64,000 nucleotides of DNA from assembly GCA_036172245.1 (NCBI GenBank), contig JAYWIR010000032.1, positions 2,356,001 to 2,420,000 of the forward strand. The letters run 5' to 3'. A model generated the notes under the pieces. The model was not told the DNA's origin and did no database searches. It worked only from the letters and a program-made list of their open reading frames with translations. The stretch is from Raillietiella orientalis. Its lineage: Eukaryota. The translations under genes and the position numbers were made by a program. Each line of letters opens with the position of its first letter. The first letter of the stretch is position 1. Below are positions 39,853-50,700 of the stretch, one piece after another.

Positions 39853-41743
39853 CACCGTCTTTGCCCCGCCCGTTCCCGCCCCTCCCATCACCTACTTCCG
39901 AGTCTCTCGCGCCCATTCTGTGCTGGGTCGTTCAGCGAGTCACCACAGGCGACGGAAATAAAAAGAGATGAAAGCGCGTGCACGTTCTTTCGCACGTTCG
40001 CGTTTCCGGCAACGGTTCGATACGGTTCGCGCCACACCCGCAAGGATGCGCAGCGGATCTCAGCGCCCCTCTTCTCTCTCGACTTCCACCCATCGTACCC
40101 GGGAGCCTGAGCCGGGAAGGAGGGGCGATCTGCCTTCCCTCCCCCTCGTGAGGGTGCTCGGCAGAGCACACCCGTGCCTCAGAGAGGCGAAAGCGCCCCC
40201 TCGCGTCCAGGGGCCGCGGAAGTCGTCATCGCCCTCCGCCGGAAAGCAAAGCGGGATATGGGGGGATCCACTTACCCCCAGGCCAAGGGAATGCTTCCCC
40301 GATGACCTCCGCTTTTCCCGCGCGCGGTGGCCGCATGAGGAATGTCGGTTACGTCGTTGCCTGCAGCAGGTTCTAAAAAACCGCCTCTGCCGACCTTTTC
40401 CCGCGCGGAACGTGTCTCGGTGCGTCCCGCGGGCTCTGCAAGCTTTGCGCGCGCTTCCACCGCGGTCTCGCGCGATTGTCTTTTGTGTGCTCGGAGGGTG
40501 TGTGGAGTGGCCGCTTACAGGTGCACCATTCTTGGCCTGTTGAGCGCCCACGTGGAGAGCTGCTTCCCTCGCGTGTCACTGATGATTCCTTCCCCGTCTC
40601 GGTTGCAGCTTGCAGCTACCCGTGTGGCTTCTCCTCCCGGCTTTGCAGCCCGAGGGAAGTGGACGGAGCTCCCGAGGAGGACAGCGACCGTCAACAAGGC
40701 GAACGAGCTGCCCTCTCTCTCTGGTAGGGATGGTCGGAAATGCGAATGGCGCCGTCGCCATTGCAAAACGAAAGGCGCTCTGCTTTGTAGCACGCTGCCG
40801 AACTGCGTGCAGGATGCACAACTTCCCCTCGCGACCGCGCTGGCGCGAAATGATGGACTGCATCTCTTTTTCATCAGAAACAAAGCTCTTGGGGGGGCAG
40901 GTAGGGGAGGGCACGAGCTGCGATAAAGAGGTCACGCGAAGCACCCGACAGAAAAGTACACTCAAGATGCTTGCTGCAGAGCGGGGACGCTGGCAGGGAT
41001 GGGGACGAGGCGAAAGGAGCGCCCCAGTTTCGCAGGGATGGGACGGGAGGTAGGGGAGGGAGGTTGCGTGGCAACCCGGTCGTTCCCTCTGGGTTCTTTC
41101 CTGGGGTTTTGTTGGTCTGCCCATGCGCCTGCCCCCACTTGCACCTCCACCTCTCCGCAGCGGACCAAGCCGGTGGAGAAGCAGTGGAGCCTGTACTCTT
41201 CACCACGCCGACCCAAAGAAAGTCGCCTTCGCGGAAGAAGGCGTGTCCAACGGGGGCAGCAGCAGCAGGCTGAGGCGCATTGAGCGAACCCCCGTCCCTG
41301 CAAGTCCCCACGAGCTGGGGACAGCTGGAGCGGAGGGGGGAGGGGAGAATTCCCTTTCCGGTTCCCCTTTTTCCTGGCAGGAGATGGGGAGGGCGTCCCT
41401 GTCGATGTCCCTTCGTCGCCCGGCTGCCGTTCGCGGACGCAGGCGCTGGGAACCCGAGGACGGTGGTGGGAGCGGCTGCCGCCTCCTCCGAGCTCCGGAA
41501 GCCTGCCGAAACCACTTCTGGCCTCCTTCCTTCGCTGCACCCTCATGCAAATGGACCGGCAGGTGGTCTTTCCCCAAGCGGCGCGGCGTGCCTTCTCTAG
41601 CCCCAGCGCTGGTTGGCGCACCAGAAGGGGCCAGCCGGAAAGGAGGGTGGGCATCCCGCCCCTGTCCGTGGGGAGGGAGAGAGAACCAGGGATGAGGGGA
41701 AGGTAGGGGACCGGTGGCTGGTTCGTCGGACACCTGGGGCAAG

Positions 41744-44700
41744 TCAGACCCGGGTCGGAAAGACCACTCGTTGCTGCTTGCACGCTTCTTCATCGTTCTC
41801 CTCCTCTTCTTCCTCACCCCCCTCCTCCTCCTCCTCGTCGATGAAGCGGATGGGCGGGTCGTCCTTGGACTCCGGGCGGACCGCGGCGCACCGTTCCCGC
41901 AGAGGGCAACCGCGCAGGGAGCGGGCCATGTTGGCGTCGAGCTCCGGATAGTCGCTGGCGACCTCCGCGCAGTCTCCGGCAGGGCGACGCGGGCCCGCGA
42001 CGATCCTCCTCGGGGAAGCATCCAGGGCGAAGGAGCTGCTGCACAGGGAGGAGGAGGCCGGGGAGGGTGGCGGCGAAGAGCAAGGAGAGCAGCGGTCGGC
42101 CATGGGCGGGGCAGGCGTGGGGTGGGGGCGGTACTTGTCGAGGATGCTGCTGCCCCGCTCGGAGGAGGGGCTCGGGGCGTCTGACGGACGACCTCCAAAG
42201 GGGGTCGCCGGAAGGGGTCGGGGCGCCTCCCTCCGCAGGAGACCCCTCAGGCCCGAGCAGGGCCGGGACACGCCGTCCGCCCAGCCGGACGTCGTGGACC
42301 TGCGCAGCCTAGCGGGGGGCACCGGCCTCGCACCCTGGGGCACACTCGGAGGCTGAGGGTGCGGAGCCCGCTGCTGCTGGGACCGGATGCTCCAGATAGG
42401 CGGGGGAGGGGTGAGGCCCCTCACGCTTTCCGGCGGAAGGACTCCGACCACACCGTCGGAGCTAGCGGAAGAGCGGTCGCTGCCGCCGCCCTCGAAAATG
42501 GCGCGGATCTCGTTGGACGCGCCGCTCCAGGTGAGGTCGGGCTTGTAGGAGGACGCCGTGCTGCAACGTCGTTGGAGGGCACTGGGTGGCCGGTCGTCTC
42601 CTCCGCCGGTGTTGCCCGTCGCCCTCGCGCGGTTTCCTTCTGCGAAGACGCCGCCGCCGCTCCCGTCGTCCTCGTCGTCCTCGACTCCGGCGACCCTGCC
42701 GTGCAAAAGGACGTTCCTGGAAGGTGGAGTAGGGATGGGGGGGAGAGAAACGTGCCCCCTCACATCTGCTGGGTCAGCAGCACCTTCCACATGTCCCTCA
42801 CGTGGACGGACGCCGAGCGCAGCACGAGGCGCCGCCTGCCTGCGGTGCACGCGCGGCACTGCGTCTGCCGCCGCCGTTCCGCGTCGTCTCCTCCGCCGCC
42901 GCCGCCAGCGGCGCCATCGTCGTCCAGAACGACGCGGAAGTCGCACGCTGCAAGGAACAAGAGGATGGGGATAGTGCGGGAGGAGCGCTCACGGTTCCTC
43001 CTGCTGATGTCAAAGTCCACGCGACCGATGGATGCCAGCGCCACGGGAGGCTCGAAGACGAAGAGGGCGCGGTCCCTGCTGGGAGCGGTGAGGAGCAACA
43101 GGTCGGAGAACAAGAAGACCCAGCGAGAGCGCAGCGTCGGCGGGCGCGGTGCGGATGTCCCTCCGCCGAAGGCCCGGCGCAGCAGCTGCAGGGAGCTGCT
43201 GAAGATGAGGCTCCTTCCAGGAGCGCTCAGGCGAAACGGCTGGAAGGGACGTAGGTCGCCCCGGGCCGCTGTCCCCTGAGCCGTACCTGACAGGGCGCAG
43301 CGAAGACGACCTTCGCCTCTACGTCCTCCACCGACAGGATGGGTGCCGGAAGTCGCCTGGAGGGGGGCTCCGCGCGAGGCTCCATCACTCCCGCCGCGCT
43401 GGCCCACTCGCAGTAGGTGCCCTACGGGAGGTTGGGGAGGACAAGGCTGGTCAGCGAGCGGGCCAACTTTTCCCTGACCTCTCCCACCTTGAGCACGTCG
43501 AGCACGTGTGTCAGGTCCGCATGGTCTGCGTGACCGCGGTCGCTGTGGCTGACGACGTCCTGGAGCAGGTGCAGGTGCTCCCGGAGATGCTGCGAACCAG
43601 AGGGAAGAGACGGCGATGAGCGCCCGTCTGAGCAGGCAGGCGCCCTCGTGCGCTGGCGGCGGCAACTCACCAGAAATGGTGCGAAGACCAGCGCCACGAG
43701 TCGCTCTTCAGCCGCAGAGGGCGACGCCAGCCGTCGCGCCAGGGTGGATGCAGCGGAATTGCGCAGATTCTTCAGGTAGCCCGAGTACTCTTCGTCCAGC
43801 TGGGTCACCTGAGAGCTCGGATACGGGAAAGCGTTGGAAGCATTTCGCTCCCCTACCTTTTCGGCGTAAACCCGGCCCACTCGGGAAGCGGACGTTTCCG
43901 GATGGACGGACGCTCCCGGCATCGCTCCTTCCACGATGACCTGCGACAGGCGGGCGAGCTAACCGAGGGAGAAGCAGAAAGTATCCTGAGGGGCCCTCCG
44001 TTCCAACCCGGACGGCCTTACGTTGCCCAGGTGCCGGAAGAGGCTCTCGTGTTCGCCGCCGTCGTTGCCACAGGAGGCCGGCTTGCGCCTGGCGTCGAAT
44101 GACGACGGCAGGGGCGCTCTTGCTGCCGACGCCGCTGCCACCGTCGTCGTCGTCGTCGCCACCGCTGCGAACCGCGCCATCCCTACCTGCAGGCGCCTGG
44201 AGAAGCGCTGCTCGGCCGCCAGCAGCCGGAGCACGGCCTCCCGCCTCCTACGCTCGGCCAGCGGTGGAGGCGGCTGGGGTGTCTCCTGCAAGAAGAACAC
44301 GGCGAGGAGCAGAGATGCGGTGGCAGCACCCACAAAGCACGAAAGTAAATCAACACGACGGCAGCGCTCCCTGCGCCTTTTTTGGCTTTTTTTGTTTTTA
44401 TTGACATGCAGGGGCGGGCCAGGGGCGACACGGAACAGCACAAAGACCGGATGGGGGCATGTACCTCTCGGGGGGTGGTGGAGTTGGATACCTCCTTCAG
44501 TTCTGCCTCTTCGTAGCCATCGTCAGGACGTCGCTCTTCGGGCGATGCGTACTCGGAGGGCGGCGGGGAGAGCAGCCCGTAGTCCGCTCCTCTGAAGACA
44601 ACAAGGGAGCCACGTGTGGATGGGAAGAACACTCCCTCGTAAGGACCTACCTCACAGGCAGATCCAGGCCGCTCTTGCCGGTCATAGCTGCTGCGGGTGC

Positions 44701-44757
44701 AGGCGAGGCGCCAGTGCAGCAGCGCCTCCCCAATGGTAATGAGCTCCCGCTGGTCAT
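41744..44757 (-). CDS. DH-PH (RhoGEF) protein, PsGEF-like; exons 44757-44651, 44591-44492, 44285-44022, 43940-43857, 43808-43671, 43589-43488, 43421-43287, 43239-42993, 42947-42764, 42695-41744
   Basis: DH-like RREAVLRLLAAEQRFSRRLQVGMARF...HESLFRHL...YSGYL...FAPFLHLREHLHLLQ...HADHADL. Linker LSVEDVEAKVVF|PFRLSAPGR. PH RWVFLFSDLLLLT...LVLRSASVHVRDMWKVLL. All junctions are GT-AG and in phase. The 5' end (ATG 44757) is less certain. Confidence 0.8.
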
Positions 44758-44949
44758 TCCCAGCAGGGGTCACGGGAAGGCCGGGATGGATGTCCCTGGA
44801 AGCACCGAAAAGGGAAAATCTCGGCGACCGAGAAAGGTCCCTCTCGCGCGACATGCAGGGGTGGACGGATCCTGCAGCGCTCCTCCCATCTTCGCTGGAC
44901 TCACCCGGGACAGGGCAGGGAAGGAGGAGAACGAGGATAACGAGGGCAC

Positions 44950-47725
44950 CTATTCCTCCTCCGGAGTCACCCGGAAATGCTTTTTCCTGCCGACTGCGGC
45001 TCGAAGGAGATGGAACCAGCCGCTAATCTCCTAGGCAAGAAAACGGCGGGAGATCAGTGAGCGTGGAGCCATTCCGGGAGAGCGAACAGAGCTCAGAGGC
45101 GATGGCGAACGAGGGTGAGTGGACAGCGATACACCTCCCCCCGCTCCCTATCCTGCCAGCCCTCGCGTGCTGGGCTCGCGAGTCCGAGAGGCAGGCAACT
45201 ACAGAGAGGAAGGGAACTTCGTGCCCTCACGCGCGCCGCCGGTACCGCAGAAAATTCCCCTCCCACCCCCTTTTCCCCCTCGCCCCCTGCCCCATGGTTG
45301 CGGCCTATAGACGTCAGGAGCAGGACCACCCTCCCGTCTTCTCCCTCTCTCCGCGGCACGGTCTTACCTCTCGCGCACGGGTGGGACGGACGCAGCTCAC
45401 TGGAAGAAGGACCATCAACCTAGTCCAGGTGACCGTAATAGCACTCGACGACGACGAGGTCGCAAAGCGCGACCTTTTCTTGTTTGTTTTTTCCCCCTTT
45501 CTTTTCTTCTAGCGGCACTACACGGTGGCAACCCCAGCGCTCTCCCACGCTACTCGCCTCTTCCAGGATCGATGCGGGGAGCATTCGCCTCCCCACTTTC
45601 TGCTCGTCGTCGCCCTGGTAACGCGGACGCGCTCGACGTCACCATCGATTGCTAGCGGCGCAGCCGCCTCCTTCTCCGCTCCCTCGTGATGCGCGTGTAC
45701 GTCGGCGCACGAGAGAAGATGCGCCATCGACGCCAGTTTCCGGCGCGCTGTTGAAGCCGCTGCCTCCGTGCACTTACCTTCCCGGCGAGGTGCCCGGCAC
45801 CGAAGGACATGCATCCAAGGAATTCGTTGATCCTAGGGGGAAGAAGGTGGCGCGCGAGCGCGCGCGGAAGGAGAAGGGGGGAGGAGAGAGTCAAACCGGA
45901 GCCACCGGGCTCACCTGCGAGTGTCGTCGTGGCGCCAGGCAGACAACCTCAGCAACAGTAGGCGCCGCCGCCGCCGCCGGGCGCAGCTGCCGCCGTCATC
46001 TGTGGCGCAGGGTCCGAGCAGCTCGAAGCTGAACTTTTCGTCGATAACGTAGCAGCCGTCTGGGTCGGCGTGCACTGCCCGGGAGCGGCACCGACACGCG
46101 GGCGTCGCCGCTGCCTCCGCCCATGCGAGCTGAACCACAGGAGGAGGCGTGGAGCGTGAGGGCAGGCGTCTTCCGCCCCACTCGACAGCTACCCCCCCCC
46201 CACGCCGCCGCCCCACCGGATGACCCGTACCTTCACGAACGCCACGCAGTTGCCCTGCGGGGGGTGCACCTTCACGAGGTTCCTGGCGGCGATCACTGCG
46301 GGGAGAAGGGAGGGAGAGGAGGAGGAGGAAGTGCGTGCGCGGGCAGACGCGCCCGCCCGTCCCACTCAGGGGACTTACCGTGCACGGTGAGTAGCCCGGC
46401 GTTCCTGTAAATGGAGAGCAGCAGCTGCCCTGCGGGGGTGCAGGGGTCGGTCATTCCCTCCCCCCCGGGAAAGTAGGGGACTCGCCTTTTCCGAAGAGCT
46501 CCGCCTCCCTCCCATCGCCGGATGCCCTCCTCGGGAGACGGAAGGAAAGGTCCGCCGCCGTCCTGTAGCACCGGGAGCCCGGGGAAGGGTAGTGGGGCGT
46601 CGTCAGCCGTCCGCCGCTCCGCGGGCCGTGGGGGCGCTCCTCCGGGGCGTTTCCCGCACCCTCCCGGCGAACGCCAAAGAGCGTGCGACAGCGCGATGGC
46701 GCATGAGAGTCCCAAGTGCCGCCGCTGCTGCTGCTGCTGCTGCTGCTGCTGCCGCCGCCGCCGCCACCCTCCTCCTCTTCCGGAAGGACGCCGGCGACGG
46801 ACGCCAGCCCAAAGCTGTCTGAAGGGTGCACCTCGGTTGACCAGTTGCAAGGGTCGCGGTCCGCCCCCTCCTCTTCGGGCGTGAGCGGCCTCATGTGCTC
46901 GTGGCTGCGGTGGAAGCGGAGCCGCCGGAGAGAGTCTCCGCCAGCAGAGGTCGCCCGCGGGAGGCGGTGGACCTCGGAGTCACTGGTGCTGCGGGGAGGC
47001 GGAGGCGCGCGCGTCCTCCGGGAGCATCGGCTGGAATCTCCGGGGCCGAACGGTGCTCGCTGGCGTCCGTCCGGGTCGCGGTCCTCCGGGTTCACGGGCT
47101 GCTCCGCCGTCAGGCCGCTGTTCCCGGGGCGCCGCCCGCGCAGCGGCGTCACCTTGGCGAACAGCGATCTCTGGGGGAAGAATGCCCTTGGAGGTGGGCG
47201 GTCATGCCCCACAGGGTAGAGGGCGTCGCTCTCCAGGACAGTGCCTCCCTCCTCCTCCGTGTTTTCCATCTCGCGGCGAGCTGCTGCCGCCGCCGCGGCC
47301 CGCCCCCGGGGGCTGTTGCTGATGTCGCTGAAGGGCACCCGCCCCCGGGTCTGGCGCAGGATGGCGACGGGCATCCGGCGGAGGCGCATGTAGGTGCTGC
47401 CCGTGTCGCTCTCAGCGGCGGGTGTCGGGTCCGAGGGAGTCTGCTGCTGCAGCTGGAGCAGTCCGAAGAGGTGGCGCACGCGCCTCTTGCAGCGCTCGCG
47501 CCCGGGGAGAGCCTTCTCAGGGAGCCGTCGCTGCTCTTCCCCCTCTTCCTCCCTCTCCGGGACTCGCCGCGGGGGGAACAGGCGGAAGTCCGGGGACCTG
47601 GCCAGACCGTCGCGGTGGCGGATGAGGAGGTTCCCACGGATGTTGGCGCACTTGACCTCGTGGCGCCTCACGCCCGCGTGGATGCCCCCGCGGGACCTCT
47701 GGCTCGCAGATGTCCACTTCAGCAT
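44950..47725 (-). CDS. Protein with long disordered N-terminus and RGS3/PsGEF-type C2 domain; exons 47725-46486, 46429-46379, 46295-46231, 46129-45915, 45832-45778, 45030-44950
   Basis: GQLLLSIYRNAGLLTVH|VIAARNL...CVAFVK|...DEKFSFEL...LSAW...|INEFLGCMSFG...GK|EISGWFHLLRAAVGRKKHFRV parallels the RGS3 C2 domain as remembered (GCMSFG, EISGWYYLL, GRTKHLKV). In-frame TAG at 44952-44950. Confidence 0.8.
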
Positions 47726-50700
47726 CTGCAAGGGCTTCGGCGGTCAGAGGGAGGAGACGCACCGATAAGTGCTTGGGGCGCGCCAATCACCCCCCGCTTT
47801 CCTCAGTCCCGTCGCGCCCAACAAGGGAAGGGGCCAGAGGGGAGCGACTACTCGCCTCCCTGGCAAACGCCCGTTCCCCAAGACTAGCTGCGGTAGCGGT
47901 TTCATTGGTCCTGTCCGTTTCTTGCGCCCATGGGAACCCTCACCGGCGTCGCTCTCCATGCAGGGAGCCGAGAGGACGGGAAGCGGCGCGTCGCAAAGCC
48001 TGCGAGAGCCAGCGTTCCTGTCCGGGGAGGCTCCCAGCGTGCCCCTGGCGTCCGGCACCTTCCCTCTCCCCGAGAGAAGAAACCATGCGCGCCGCTGCTC
48101 CAGAAGAATGTTCTCGTGCATGTCGTTTGTGGGTGGTTCCGGCCGGTAGGGTCTGAGGATGGGCGCTGCTCGCCGCGTGCGAGAGGGGCGCCCCGCTGCG
48201 TCCAGTCGTCCCCGAGCCTGGCCCCACCTCTTTCCTGCGCGGATCTCGTCACCCCCCTCCCTTCTGCGAAGGAGTAGTGGAGGCAGGCGGCGGTGGGTCA
48301 AAGGGAGCCGCCGACTCCTAAGCGCCCCCGGGCAATGATTTCATCTCCCAGGGAAACGGCGACCTAAAAGAAGCGAGGAACCCCTACCGTCTGCGTCTGG
48401 ACGAGTCTCGGAAAAGCCATTAGGCCGAGGGGGAGATGGAGCATCCTCCTTCCCCCTCTTCCCTTTCCGTCCCGCCCAGGCGACGCACGGGGCGGCGTGC
48501 TCTTAGGACCTCCGAGCGCGCGCTCGTCACCCGCGCCGCCGACGGACATTCCTGGAATTTCGCAGCACCCCTCTCCCTGGTAAACAAGGACGCCCCAAAG
48601 AGAGGAGCTGAGGCAGTCGTGCATCGCCCGCGCGCGCGACCGACGGTGATGCACGGTGTAAACCAGAAGCCTCTTCTGGCCCACGGCAGCAGCTGCATCA
48701 CGGGTGTTGCCTTCACTTCCTCCCCTCTCCCTCACATTCCCCCAGCCTACCCTCTTCCGCCGCCGCGGAGCCATCATCCACGCAACGCAGACGAACGTTC
48801 GCGAGCCTCCTGGAGAAACGAAAGGCACGAGTGAATCCTGTCAAGGACGGCGAGAAAAGAAGGAGAAACAAAAACAAAAAAAAAGGAAAAACGGAAACCG
48901 TCCGTCTGCCCTCCCTCCCCCCCTTCACGTCTCATCCGTCCGTGCGCAACACACCGTCCATGTCCGAAGGGAAAAAAAAAGAAACGGCTCCCTCTTTCCG
49001 AAAACCCATTAAAGATCGTTTACCGTCAGACTGAGGGGCGCGGCAATTAAAATGCCTAAGATGGCAGCCGGAACCCCTCACGTCGTTCCCAAGACGCGCG
49101 GAACGACAGTTAAAAAATCTCGAGAGATGTGATACTCAGATCCTCCCTGGACGTCGCGGTGCCTTGTTGTGCCACTGAATGCCTCACGCTGCCTCACCTG
49201 ACTGTGTGATTTCGCGATGGTCACAAGGCCGCACGTACGATCCCGTTGACCCCCTGCCTCGCGCTGACACGGCCGATCGACCACAACCAAACGGGGAAGC
49301 GGAGAGGGGAAGAAGCGGAAGCGCAGAAAGTGAGGCCGGCAGAAATGGGGGGCATCCTTTCGTATCGGGGAATCTCCGCCATCTAAGCCTATGACTTCAT
49401 TTCGTGATTGGAAAGGAGGAAAAAAACAAAAAAACAAAGGTCAAGTTTTCCGGAAAAAAAAAAAAAAAAATGCTCCTGCTTCCTGGAGAAAGCTCACGCC
49501 GCGCACGGAGAATGGAATCCATGCAGCCGTTCTTCAGCTCGAACGACAGTCGGAACGGAAACAAGCACACGCGCCCGTTGCCATGGAATTCGATCGTCCT
49601 GGACAAGAGCTTGTTGACAATGGTCAGCAACGCAACGATTCCTGCCGCTGCGCCTCTCACCCTCCGTTTCCTTTTCGGTTCACCGCTGCTGGCACGTTCA
49701 CCGTGCCAGCAGCGGTGAACCGAAAAAGTGCAAGTGTGAAGAACATGCAAGATCACTAACGTGAATGCGGGGGGGGGGGGGGGGGACGAAAGGAGGAGGA
49801 AGAAGAAGAAACACCCGTCCCCGAGTTCGAAAAGAAAAAAAAAAAATCCGCGCCTCACTTACCATACAGATCGTTCACGGCGCTCCCTTCCCTCGTGACC
49901 GCATGGCATCGTCGACACTCCGTGTACCAAATGGATCGGCTTTTGTGGCGCCGGCCCAGTTCCCCTTTTCCTCGAAACGAGAACTCTCTGCTTTCCGTAT
50001 CCGCAAGCCGCTGGTCCTGCTGCTGTGCTGCTGCTCCCGTTGCGCCGCCAGCCCTCCACCCCGGTCAGAGAGAGGGAGAGAGCAGGGAGAGTGTGAGGTG
50101 ATCTCCTCTCTTCTCGAGCCAGGCAGCGAATCAGAAGCGGAGAGCCGCTCCCCTCCTCGCACGAACGCCGCTGTCCGTGCCTGCTGCCATCGCGGAGTGA
50201 TGTGGTCGCTCGCGGACCACCTGGAGAGCATCACGGCTCCTGATCACTGCCTGCTCGCTTTGGTCGCCGGCGCTCCGACCACGTCGCACGGCCATTGTCC
50301 ACTTGGAAGAAACCCCGCGCGCGTTCGGGACGCCGCCTGGCGCCGTTGCCGCAGCACGATGGCGGGCAAACCATGGGATGGGGGGCACGTCGCGAGCGTA
50401 AAAAGCTTGCTGCGCCGAAAACGTAAGCAAAGCCAAGAAAACAGCTTCCAGGAAAATGGTTGCGTCGATCGCCCGGGCGATTCGGTTTGTTTGTTTGTCT
50501 TTCCCTTTCATTTAGCTTCCGTTGCCTTACGCCCGCCCTCCCTCTCGTCCATCCTACCCTCTCTCGACTCCCCAGCGAAAAGCAGGCAGGAATCGAGCGG
50601 CAGGAGAGTTGCGTAACCTTTTCAACTGATCGAAGCAATCCGACCTCTTATCATCCGCGAGAAAGGACCGGGGAGCAACCGCTGGAAGCAGGCAGACTCG

